The position numbers were made by a program, and so were the translations under genes. Below are positions 31,126 through 39,854 of a stretch of 64,000 nt of DNA, piece after piece. Below the pieces are notes generated by a model. The model ran no database searches. It worked only from the letters and a program-made list of their open reading frames with translations, and was not told the origin of the DNA. This DNA is from Vicinamibacteria bacterium. GTDB lineage: Bacteria; Acidobacteriota; Vicinamibacteria; Marinacidobacterales; Marinacidobacteraceae. Positions within the stretch are counted from its first letter, which is position 1; each line of letters starts with the position of its first letter. The stretch covers positions 1 through 64,000 of the forward strand of contig OY729431.1 of assembly GCA_963422395.1 (NCBI GenBank), given 5' to 3'.

Positions 31126-31256
31126 CGCTATCGCGTGGACCTCATCTGGGCTGACCGGGAGTCTGTTCTGCTCTCCAAGTCGATTGTGGCGCTTTGCAAA
31201 AGTTGCAATAACGATGCAAAAATCGTTTGCGTCATTATTGGGAAGAGCGCGACCGG
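31126..31256 (+). repeat. Direct repeat copy A (~130 bp)
   Basis: Aligns by eye with 33051-33182, e.g. ctccaag.cgattgtggcgc, ttgcaataac..tgcaaaaatcgtttg and gcgcgaccgg. Confidence 0.85.
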
Positions 31257-31388
31257 ATGCGGCACGGCGACACACTGCTGCCGGATTCTCCGGTGACTTC
31301 CCACTCCCGTTCGTTCTGCCTCCTGGTTTGCGACCGACCGCAATGATTGAAATAATCAAGCAACATTGTTTGTGGCATTATTTAGGGA

Positions 31389-33080
31389 ATGTCGTCCAGC
31401 CTTGATATCCGCGATCTCCTCGCTCGCCTCGATGGCGCCCCGGCCGATGCGATGGAGTCGGAAACGGTGGAGTTCAAGCCGTGGATCGCCGATCGGAACG
31501 CCTATAAATCGCAGATCCGGATCCTGCGCGAAGCGGCGGTGGCCATCGCGAATGCGCGCGGCGGCGTCTTGGTGCTCGGCGTCGCCGACCGGAAGCACAC
31601 CCGGGCGGAGGCGATCCACGGGGTCGGCGACCTCGATCCGGAAGGCCTGCGGCGCGACATCTACGACGGCACGGATCCACACATCCTGGTAGGCATCGAA
31701 CCCTTGGAAGAACCCGAGGGCCGCGTATTCGTAATCCGGATTCCGCGGGGGCTCGGACTCCACACTACGACCGACGGCGTAGCGAGACTTCGGGTCGGTA
31801 AAGAATCCAAGCCGCTGACCGGCTCGAATCTCGCTCAGGTCCTCATCGGTCGGGGACGGCACGACCTGACTTCCGAAACCGCATCCGGGGCGGGCCTTTC
31901 CGATCTCGACCCGCAACAGATACTGCACTTGCGGCGCGTCATCGAGATCGAGGGCGGGGCACCCGAACTGACGAAGCTCTCGGACGAAAATCTTCTCGGG
32001 GCGCTCGATCTGATCACGGACAGCGGGACGACGCTCGCAGCGATTCTGCTACTGGGCGCCCCGACCGCCTTGGCGCGTTGCTGCTCGAACAGCGAAATCA
32101 TCTTCACCCGCCATGCGTCGGCCCGAACCCTCTACAACGCTCGCCACGATCTGAAGGGCCCCCTGCTCGGACAGCTCGACGAGTTGTTGACGCTTCTGAC
32201 GGCGCACACCGGATTGACCACGGTCGCTCTCGACGGGCTCCGCGATCTCGAAGTGCCGGATGTCTCCCGCTGGGCAGCGCGGGAAGCGATCCTCAACGCA
32301 GTGTGCCATCGCGACTGGTTCGTGAACCAGTCCGTCCAGGTATCCCTCCACCCGGACCGGTTGGAGATCGAGAGTCCAGGCGGCTTCGTGGGAGGGGTGG
32401 ACGCCACCAATGTGATGCGCCACCCCCCCGTCCGACGGAACCCGCTGCTCGCAGGCGTCTTTCAGGCCATCGGTCTCGTCAACCGGGCAGGCTTGGGAGT
32501 GGACCGGCTCCACGAAGAAGCCCTGCGGGCCGGGAAACGCCCGCCGCGGTACGAGGCCGACTCCACCTATGTCCGTCTCGTCCTTCCAACGCGGACCGAC
32601 CCTGGTTTCGCTGCATTCGTCACCGGCGAACGCGAAGGCGGCAGGGAGCTGGAACTCGACGACCTCTTGGTGCTGGAAGCGCTCACCCGGCACCCCGAGC
32701 TCGACCGCTGGACTGCCGCAGAATGCTTGCAGATCGAAGAAGGGCCGGCCTCGGAACGCCTCGTTTCCCTGCGCGAGCGCGGTTATCTGGTTCCAGTGGG
32801 ACGGGGCCGCGGAACGAAGTACCGCCTCGCCGGCCGCTTGAAGCGACTCTGGCGGCCCCTAGACCCGGATGGGCGGGTTGCCGATGCGGCGATGCGCGAG
32901 CAGATTCTGGATCTGCTGTCGGACCGCGGCACCATCACGAACACCGATGTGCGGCGGCTCACCGGCATGTCCCGCTTCAGGGCGCTTTCGCTCCTGCGCG
33001 GGCTGAGCGCCGACGGGTTGCTGCGAATGACCGGGAATCGAGGGGGCGCGCGCTATATCGCCGGACCCCGCTCGGGCTGA
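31389..33080 (+). CDS. AlbA_2 (Schlafen-like) + HATPase_c_4 + wHTH protein (commonly annotated RecG-like or transcriptional regulator)
   Basis: ESETVEFK, AIANARGGVLVLGVAD, REAILNAVCHRD, IESPGG, RNPLLA and C-terminal wHTH domains. Confidence 0.85.
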   Translation: MSSSLDIRDLLARLDGAPADAMESETVEFKPWIADRNAYKSQIRILREAAVAIANARGGVLVLGVADRKHTRAEAIHGVGDLDPEGLRRDIYDGTDPHILVGIEPLEEPEGRVFVIRIPRGLGLHTTTDGVARLRVGKESKPLTGSNLAQVLIGRGRHDLTSETASGAGLSDLDPQQILHLRRVIEIEGGAPELTKLSDENLLGALDLITDSGTTLAAILLLGAPTALARCCSNSEIIFTRHASARTLYNARHDLKGPLLGQLDELLTLLTAHTGLTTVALDGLRDLEVPDVSRWAAREAILNAVCHRDWFVNQSVQVSLHPDRLEIESPGGFVGGVDATNVMRHPPVRRNPLLAGVFQAIGLVNRAGLGVDRLHEEALRAGKRPPRYEADSTYVRLVLPTRTDPGFAAFVTGEREGGRELELDDLLVLEALTRHPELDRWTAAECLQIEEGPASERLVSLRERGYLVPVGRGRGTKYRLAGRLKRLWRPLDPDGRVADAAMREQILDLLSDRGTITNTDVRRLTGMSRFRALSLLRGLSADGLLRMTGNRGGARYIAGPRSG

Positions 33081-33182
33081 CAGAGAGCCCGTTCTGCCCT
33101 CCAAGCCGATTGTGGCGCATCGCAAAAATTGCAATAACACTGCAAAAATCGTTTGAATCATTATTTCGAAAGGCGCGACCGG
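33051..33182 (+). repeat. Direct repeat copy B, covering the last ~10 codons of the AlbA_2 gene and downstream DNA
   Basis: See copy A. Confidence 0.85.
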
Positions 33183-33340
33183 TGGCCATCGGCCCATCGC
33201 GCAAGCGCCTGCCGGAGCTCCGGCGGGCCAAGGCCTACCGGGAGTGCTGGTTCTCAGCAGCGCCACCGCCCAGCCATCGGGAGGATTGCACAAGCGGTTC
33301 GCTGGTCATCCGGGCCGGACCGGAACCACGGCCCGAGCCG

Positions 33341-33964
33341 CTAGATCGTCGACTTCCTGAAATTGCGCTGAGCAGCCCAGCGCGTCAAGTCGATGGCGAA
33401 GTTCGGAAAGGTGCCAGGAAGGACCCAGAGAGTTTCTGAATTCCAGAACATGCCGGTGGGCATGCTCTTGTCGCGTGGCCTCATTTCGTACTTGAAATTC
33501 TTCACGGCGATTTCGTTCCACCGCAAGGCATCTTCGAGACTCGCCATGTCGACCGCGACCGTCTCAGCACCGTGCTGCTGCTTGCCGATTTCGGCAGCAG
33601 ATTCGTATGCGACGCAACATTTGTCGTACAAGGCCTCGACTTCGCACCGGATCTGCGAACTCAACGCTTGGAACAGTCGGCGCACATCATGACTATGCTC
33701 GGCCGGCTGACTGTGCTCCTGCTCCCAGATGTGCTTCACGACGAGTTCGACTACGACTACATAGAGGACGATATTCGTTAGCGCCATCCCAAGCCGCTGT
33801 TGGTCGCGGGCGGCGCCAATTGATCCGGCGTCTCTGATGGCCGCTCTCGACACTGGCAACGAATCGGTGGAGCGGAGAGCCTCCATCGCAAGAATCAACA
33901 GGCGGGCAGAGCCCAGCTTCGATCCGTGAGGGCTGTTCACTTCGCGTTTCCCCATAGTGAGCAC
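33341..33964 (-). CDS. Hypothetical protein, HEPN-like
   Basis: Lower-GC ORF with an EL..K...HD...LF pattern typical of HEPN-superfamily folds. Confidence 0.5.
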   Translation of the reverse strand: MLTMGKREVNSPHGSKLGSARLLILAMEALRSTDSLPVSRAAIRDAGSIGAARDQQRLGMALTNIVLYVVVVELVVKHIWEQEHSQPAEHSHDVRRLFQALSSQIRCEVEALYDKCCVAYESAAEIGKQQHGAETVAVDMASLEDALRWNEIAVKNFKYEMRPRDKSMPTGMFWNSETLWVLPGTFPNFAIDLTRWAAQRNFRKSTI

Positions 33965-34162
33965 CTCCAGGGGAAGATCCTCAGTCTCTCACCCGCGACT
34001 TCATGGGCATGCACCACCTTCTGCCACTCGAGTCATCTCCCGAAGAACGAGACGCACGGTGCGGATTCCGACCGCTGCAGCAGCCGCCCGAACACTGAGC
34101 ACCTCCGCCCCGCTCGCCACTACCGCCGAGGCTGACGAGCGGGAGCCCTCGCCGAGGGCGAA

Positions 34163-37069
34163 TCAGAACTCGAGGCGGACGCCGACGCGGAAGACTCTCG
34201 GGTCGAGGATCGCGACGATCTCGTTGTAGCGGGAACCTGAAATCGTGCGGTAGTTCAGCACCGTGGAGCTGTTCGTCAGGTTGAAGCCGTCGAACAGGAA
34301 GGCGACGGTCGCGCCCTGGGGCAGGTCGAAGGACTTCTCGGCGCGCATGTCGAAGATACCGACATTCGGCGCGCGGGAGTTGTAGCCATCCGGCATCACC
34401 CGCTCGGTTCCGGCGTTCGGGAGACGGACGCTGACCCGGCGGCCGGTCTGATACCCGCTCTGCAGCTTGTAGGAAGCACTGACTCCGACATTCCAGGGGA
34501 AGATGTAACGGCCGACCAGTTTGTAGTTCCAGTAGGTCGTGTCGATCGCACCGAGCCGGAGCGACTGGTTCGCCTGCCACTCGTAGGTCGTGCCCTCGAT
34601 GAAGTCGAACCGGGCGGCGGCCCGGACGCTCGTGGAGGAGGTCGTCCGCATGTAGGCGTTCGCCCAGGTGTGGAGGAACGAGGTCAGGAACATCCAGCGG
34701 TCGGCGAAGCGCCGGTTCAGCGCCACTTCGACGGTGTGGTAGTTGGCATCCGGGCTCGGCAGGCCGTGCGCGCCGGGGTTCACATACATCCGATTCTCGG
34801 GAATTCCGGGCTGCCGGTCCATGAGGCCGATGACCTGGTCGTCCCCGGTTCCGGCGGTGTTGTCCGGTCCCCGGTCCTCATAGGAGTACGGAATGCCGTA
34901 GGCGAAGGCGCGGTTCAAGTCCACGACCCCATAGCCGTTCCGCGAGTTCTTGTGGACATAAGAGGCGCGGAAGGAGAAGTTGTCGGCGAGCTGCTGCTCG
35001 AAGTGGGCCGACGCCTCGTGTCCGTAAGCGTTCGTCAGGCCAGGATCCACGGTCACGAAGCCGGCGCCGCCGAGGGTGCTGAGCTTGTTTCCGAGTTCGG
35101 AGGAATCGGCGAGGCCGCCGCTCGGCCCCGGGTCCACGATCCGATTCCCGTTCAGGTCGTTGAATTCGTACCGGAACGCCGCCTGCCCCACCGGGTTCTC
35201 GTCGTCCACGATCGTGGTGCTGGGGTTCCAGTAGAAGCGCCCGAAGAACAGCTTCAGCACCGTCCGCCCCTCGCCCGTCACATCGAAAGCGGCACCGAGC
35301 CGCGGCCCGATGTTCGAAAGGGTCAGTACGTCCGCTTGCGACACTTCGAGTGCGGGGAAGATGTCCGAATGCGTGGGTTGCATGGACTGGTCCGGCCAGC
35401 CCATCACATAGCGGTCGAAGCGCGCGCCGAGGTTCAATGTGAGGCGGTCGTTGAGTGTCCAGGAGTCCTGGATATAGGCAGCGGTCAAGAGGATGTCGTT
35501 CACGCCGGTGTTCGGGGTGTTGTAGATGTCCACCTCGGAGGGCAGGCCGTCACGGTCCCGGTAGAAGATGTCCTCCGGCTGCATGCGGAGGAAGCTGCGG
35601 CGCTCGCGGTATATCTCGGTCCCGATCTTGAGCGTGTGCTGCCCGGCGAAATCATCCGCGAAGTAGGTCAGATTGCCGGAGATCTGCGGCTTCGTCACCT
35701 TGCGGAAGTGGTAGTAGTCGTTGGCGTTCGTCAGATCACCGGTCGTGAGCTCCTCGCGGCCCGCAGAAAGACCCTCCACGCTCTCCGACTTCGTCGTGGT
35801 CGTAAAGAGCGGGAACTGGTTGATCCAGTGGCTCAGCTGCAGGTTCAGGAAGAGCTTGTCGGTGAGCACATTCGTGTACTCGAACTTCATCGGCTTGTTC
35901 ACCGAGCTCTGGTACCAGGCAGCTTCCAGCGGCACCGCCGGACCTAGATTCCGCTCCGCCTGCAACTTGGTGCGTCGGTTGAAGAAACCGATCAACTGGC
36001 TGGAGTCGGTGAGCTGGTAGGTGGCCTTGGCGGTCCAGTTGCCCAGCTGGGTGGTCGCCGGATCGGGGTTCCCGATGGTGAGTTTTTCCTGGTGGTTCAG
36101 CCGGTAGCCGCCGTAGAACCACGCCTTGCCCGGATAGATCGGGCCGCCGATGCCGATGTTGATGTCGCTCTGCAGCGTGATCGGATTGCCGGCTTCGAGG
36201 CCTTTCGATCCCGCCTTGTAGGGGCCATCGGTCCCGCCGCCGGTACGGAGCGCGTCCGGCACATTGTCGCCGACGGTGGCGTCGTTCTCGAAGTCCACAT
36301 AGACGTCCCCGTTGAAGCGGTCGCCGCCGGACTTCACCGTGAGGTTGAAGAAAGCGCCGAGTCCGTGGGTCTCGCCCATGTTCCCGGAGCCGCCGAGCTG
36401 GAAATCCTCGAAGCTGCCGTAGTCGAAATACCCGGCGTTCCCCGAAGTGGTCTCGGTGACATTGATGCCCTCGAGCAGGGTGCGGTGCTGGTCACCGAAG
36501 CCGAACGCCTGGAACCCGGTCTGGGTGCCGGTGTGGGAGCCGCCCACATCGTAGCCCTCCATCTGGAAGCCGGGGGCCTGGGCCATCGCCGCCCAGATGT
36601 CGCGGGCGTTGGGGATGTCCTCGAGGAGTTCCTCGGTGAAGTTCACTCCGGTGGCGGTGGTCTTCACATCCACCACCGGCGCCTCTCCGGTGATCGTGAT
36701 CACTTCCTCGAGGCCGCCGACTTCGAGAGTCGCGTTCACCGTGAGGGTGGTGTTCAGGGTCATCTGGATGTTCTCGCGGACTACCGAGCCGAAACCCGAG
36801 AGCGAGAAGGTGACCGAGTACAGCCCGGTGGGAAGGGCGGGAAAGACATAGGTGCCCTGGCTGCCGCTGACGGCGACCTGATCCTGGATCAGCGCCGAAC
36901 TCGACGCAGTGACCGTGACCCCGGGGATCACCGCGCCGGTGGCGTCGGATACGGTGCCGACCAACCGCCCGCGCAGCTCCTGCGCGGAAACCGAGGCCGC
37001 TATGGAAACCGCGAGGATCGCGGTCGGAAACAATCGTCTGCGCATCGGTCCACCTCCCGGGTGAGACAT
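34163..37069 (-). CDS. TonB-dependent receptor with N-terminal carboxypeptidase-regulatory-like domain (Oar-like)
   Basis: GTVSDATGAVIPGVTVT, TVKSGG..F.G, YIQDSW....LTLNLG.RFD, PRLG.AFD and terminal Phe. Confidence 0.9.
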   Translation of the reverse strand: MSHPGGGPMRRRLFPTAILAVSIAASVSAQELRGRLVGTVSDATGAVIPGVTVTASSSALIQDQVAVSGSQGTYVFPALPTGLYSVTFSLSGFGSVVRENIQMTLNTTLTVNATLEVGGLEEVITITGEAPVVDVKTTATGVNFTEELLEDIPNARDIWAAMAQAPGFQMEGYDVGGSHTGTQTGFQAFGFGDQHRTLLEGINVTETTSGNAGYFDYGSFEDFQLGGSGNMGETHGLGAFFNLTVKSGGDRFNGDVYVDFENDATVGDNVPDALRTGGGTDGPYKAGSKGLEAGNPITLQSDINIGIGGPIYPGKAWFYGGYRLNHQEKLTIGNPDPATTQLGNWTAKATYQLTDSSQLIGFFNRRTKLQAERNLGPAVPLEAAWYQSSVNKPMKFEYTNVLTDKLFLNLQLSHWINQFPLFTTTTKSESVEGLSAGREELTTGDLTNANDYYHFRKVTKPQISGNLTYFADDFAGQHTLKIGTEIYRERRSFLRMQPEDIFYRDRDGLPSEVDIYNTPNTGVNDILLTAAYIQDSWTLNDRLTLNLGARFDRYVMGWPDQSMQPTHSDIFPALEVSQADVLTLSNIGPRLGAAFDVTGEGRTVLKLFFGRFYWNPSTTIVDDENPVGQAAFRYEFNDLNGNRIVDPGPSGGLADSSELGNKLSTLGGAGFVTVDPGLTNAYGHEASAHFEQQLADNFSFRASYVHKNSRNGYGVVDLNRAFAYGIPYSYEDRGPDNTAGTGDDQVIGLMDRQPGIPENRMYVNPGAHGLPSPDANYHTVEVALNRRFADRWMFLTSFLHTWANAYMRTTSSTSVRAAARFDFIEGTTYEWQANQSLRLGAIDTTYWNYKLVGRYIFPWNVGVSASYKLQSGYQTGRRVSVRLPNAGTERVMPDGYNSRAPNVGIFDMRAEKSFDLPQGATVAFLFDGFNLTNSSTVLNYRTISGSRYNEIVAILDPRVFRVGVRLEF

Positions 37070-37203
37070 CTTCGATATCCCCTCTAGGGGAGCTCCTAAT
37101 TATAGATGCCCTGCTCGCCCGTCTCGCTTCGCCCGAGGAGGCGGAACCGATCCGGGGCCAGCGCCCCTCGAGGATCTCGGAAATCCGGGTTGGACGCCCC
37201 GGC

Positions 37204-38400
37204 TCAGCCGTCGGGCCCGACGTCAGGCTGCCCGGCGGTGAGGGCGTTCAGAAAGGCCAAGCAGAGGTCGCGCGAGCGGTAGCTCCTGAAGGTCTTCCTC
37301 TCCTGCCGTTCGAGGATCGGGAAGGTGGACCAGATATGCCGCACACCGTCGCGGTCGGTCACGCCGTAGAGGTGGAAGAACACCGCATCGAGCCTGGCGC
37401 GAAGCCGCAGGCGGCGGTCCTCGTCCCAGCCGAAGGGCGGGCGCACCGCGCCCGAAGCGTCCCGATAGCCGAGGGCGCGGGCGAAGGGCGCCATGTCTTC
37501 CGCGGTGCAGGTGAGTTCGAGGACGGCTTCCCGGATGATTTCGGCGGCGGTCTTCGGCCCGAACCGGCAGGTTTCGTACATCTCGGGCGGGACGACCGGG
37601 AGCTGCTCGACGATGAACCAGTTGAGATGCTGAGCCTGGACCTTTTGGCGGGCGATGAAATCGAGAACGATCGCATTCAGGTTGGCGGCCGCGAGCGCCC
37701 AGAACGCTCCCGGAGGAGATCCCTCCCCTTCCGGGAGAAGGAGGGGGAGGGTGTTCCCGGCGCCGGCCCGCGGGATGAGCGCAGCGATCATCGTCCGGGC
37801 GTTGGTCGCGACGGTCACATCCTTGAACGCCAGCGCGTAGTCCCGTTCTTCGGGAATGTCGGCGACCGCCGGTAGATCGCGGTGGTGATCTCCTGGTCGC
37901 GCCGGCTGCGGAAGACCGGCGCGGTGCCGGTGTTCGGATTCACCCGCCGGAAGTCCCCGGCGGTCAGCTCGAGACGCCGGTCCGCGTCCTCCAACTCGGA
38001 AACCCGGTGGAGATAGAACGCGCAGCGGGCCGGACGGTCCTGCGCGGATCGTCCCGCGACGAACACACAGAACTTGAAAGATGCGTGCACTTCCGGGAAA
38101 AACACCTTCTTGTTCTCGAAGTCGTAGAGCGCCCGCAGCCGCCCTTCGGTCGCCACCGATCGGAAAAACGGTGCGGCGGTCTTGTCCGACGCGATGCCGG
38201 AGGGCACGAGCAGCCCGATCCTTCCCTCCGGCTTCACGAGCGCCATCGCCCGCTCCACGAAGAGCGAATAGAGGTTCTGATCGCCCCTCGAAAGGAGCGG
38301 GTAGTCCCCCGAATCCCGGGCGATCCGCGCCCGGTCCCGCGCCCGGCGGTCGGCGCGCCCGAAATCCGCTGCCAGCGGGATCGCCGCGCACTTCGAGCGC
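37204..38400 (-). pseudogene. C-terminal fragment of a type IIG/Eco57I-like R-M fusion, with a frame break and apparent internal deletion
   Basis: Frame 1 has GDQNLYSLFVERA...VNPNTGTAPVFRSRRD. Frame 2 has FKDVT.ATNARTMIAA...LRARLDA.FFHLYG. No N-terminal nuclease or motif I is present. Confidence 0.8.
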
Positions 38401-38434
38401 CTCGACGAGATTCTTCCGCTCGGAAGCGAGACTC

Positions 38435-38590
38435 TCAACGATTCGGTTGTTTCAGATCAGAGTCGTTGACGGACATGGCGAATCGTCTTGTTTCAATTTT
38501 TCTGTCATTCACGGTCAAGGCTTCTCTTGTTTCATTATATGCGTTGATATTGATATAAGTGAATATCCTTATTTCAGTTTCTGTCATCCG
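38435..38590. promoter_or_regulatory. AT-rich degenerate 2 x 80-bp tandem repeat with four phased TT(G/A)TTTCA boxes upstream of fic
   Basis: Boxes start at 38447, 38488, 38527 and 38569. Units start at 38435 and 38515. Confidence 0.6.
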
Positions 38591-38604
38591 CGAGGATCCT
38601 TGCC

Positions 38605-39777
38605 GTGCGGCGCAAAACCGGTAGCTACCAGATAACCGCAACTGCCGGGGAGCGCGTACGCGCCTTCCTGCCCGCGCCGCTGCCACCCCACCCTCCGCTC
38701 GAACTCGACGGCGCGCTGCAGCAGGCGCTCGAAGGCGCCGGTCTCGCCCTCGGACGTCTCGACGGCCTCTCGGTTCTTCTTCCGGATCCGGCTCTCTTCC
38801 TCTACTCGTCCGTACGCAAGGAGGCTGTGCTCTCTTCGCAGATCGAGGGTACGCAGTCCTCGTTGTCCCACCTCCTGCTCTTCGAGCTCGAGGAAGCATC
38901 GGGGGCGCCGCTCGACGATGTCCGCGAGGTGTCGAACCATGTGGCGGCCTTCGATCACGGCCTCCGGCGGCTGCGCGGGGATTTCCCGCTTTCGAACCGC
39001 CTGATCCGTGAAATGCACGGTGTTCTGCTGTCGCGCGGCCGGGGCAGCGACAAGAACCCCGGGGAGTTCCGCCGTTCGCAGGTCTGGATCGGCGGCACTC
39101 GACCCGGCAACGCCGCGTTCGTCCCACCCCCATGCGATGCCGTGCCCGACTGCATGGCTGCGTGGGAACGGTTTCTCCACGATGAGACCGATGGCCTCCC
39201 GGTGCTGGTTCGGGCCGGGCTCGCCCATGCGCAGTTCGAGGCGATCCACCCGTTCCTCGACGGAAACGGCCGGATCGGCCGCCTGGTGGTGACGCTTCTG
39301 CTTTGCCACGCTGGCGTACTCAAGGAACCGCTTCTCTACCTGAGTCTGTATCTCAAGCGCCATCGCGCGACCTATTACGAATTGTTGAACGAGGTGCGGC
39401 GGAGCAGCGATTGGGAAGCGTGGATCGCCTTTTTCCTCGAGGGAGTACGGCAGATTGCCGAAGACGCGGCTGCCACAGCCGTCCGGCTCTCCCGGATGTT
39501 CCGGGAGCACCGGGATCGCCTGTCGGCAACCGCCGGCCGTCGCGCGGGGTCGGTGATTCGCCTCCACGAGGCCCTGAAAGAGCGACCGATCCTCTCTCTC
39601 GGGGCCGCGAGCCGAGCCGCCGGGGTGTCCTACGGAACGGCGGCCTCGGCCATGGAGACACTGGTCCGGAACGGGATCGCCCGCGAACTCACCGGCAACC
39701 GCCGAAACCGGCTGTTCGCCTACGACGGCTACCTCACCGTACTCGAAGAGGGCGCCGAGATCTCCGATCAGGGTTGA
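38605..39777 (+). CDS. Fic family protein (Fic_N + Fic + C-terminal HTH)
   Basis: EAVLSSQIEGT inhibitory motif, HPFLDGNGRIGR catalytic motif and C-terminal E.TG.RRNR.F.Y. Confidence 0.92.
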   Translation: MRRKTGSYQITATAGERVRAFLPAPLPPHPPLELDGALQQALEGAGLALGRLDGLSVLLPDPALFLYSSVRKEAVLSSQIEGTQSSLSHLLLFELEEASGAPLDDVREVSNHVAAFDHGLRRLRGDFPLSNRLIREMHGVLLSRGRGSDKNPGEFRRSQVWIGGTRPGNAAFVPPPCDAVPDCMAAWERFLHDETDGLPVLVRAGLAHAQFEAIHPFLDGNGRIGRLVVTLLLCHAGVLKEPLLYLSLYLKRHRATYYELLNEVRRSSDWEAWIAFFLEGVRQIAEDAAATAVRLSRMFREHRDRLSATAGRRAGSVIRLHEALKERPILSLGAASRAAGVSYGTAASAMETLVRNGIARELTGNRRNRLFAYDGYLTVLEEGAEISDQG

Positions 39778-39854
39778 TTCCACGGGCTGCCAAGGGTGCC
39801 GGACGGGACCCCCCCCGGTAGAATCGCCGTCCCCCTGAACGGCGGCTTTTCAGA

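Noticed and set aside
33190-33340. Possible degenerate IS1595-like transposase zinc-ribbon fragment
   Set aside because: It needs several frameshifts to read and cannot be supported without a search.
38435-38590. Possible mini-CRISPR (short motif recurring every ~40 bp)
   Set aside because: The conserved unit is only ~8 bp, the spacers resemble each other, and there are no cas genes.
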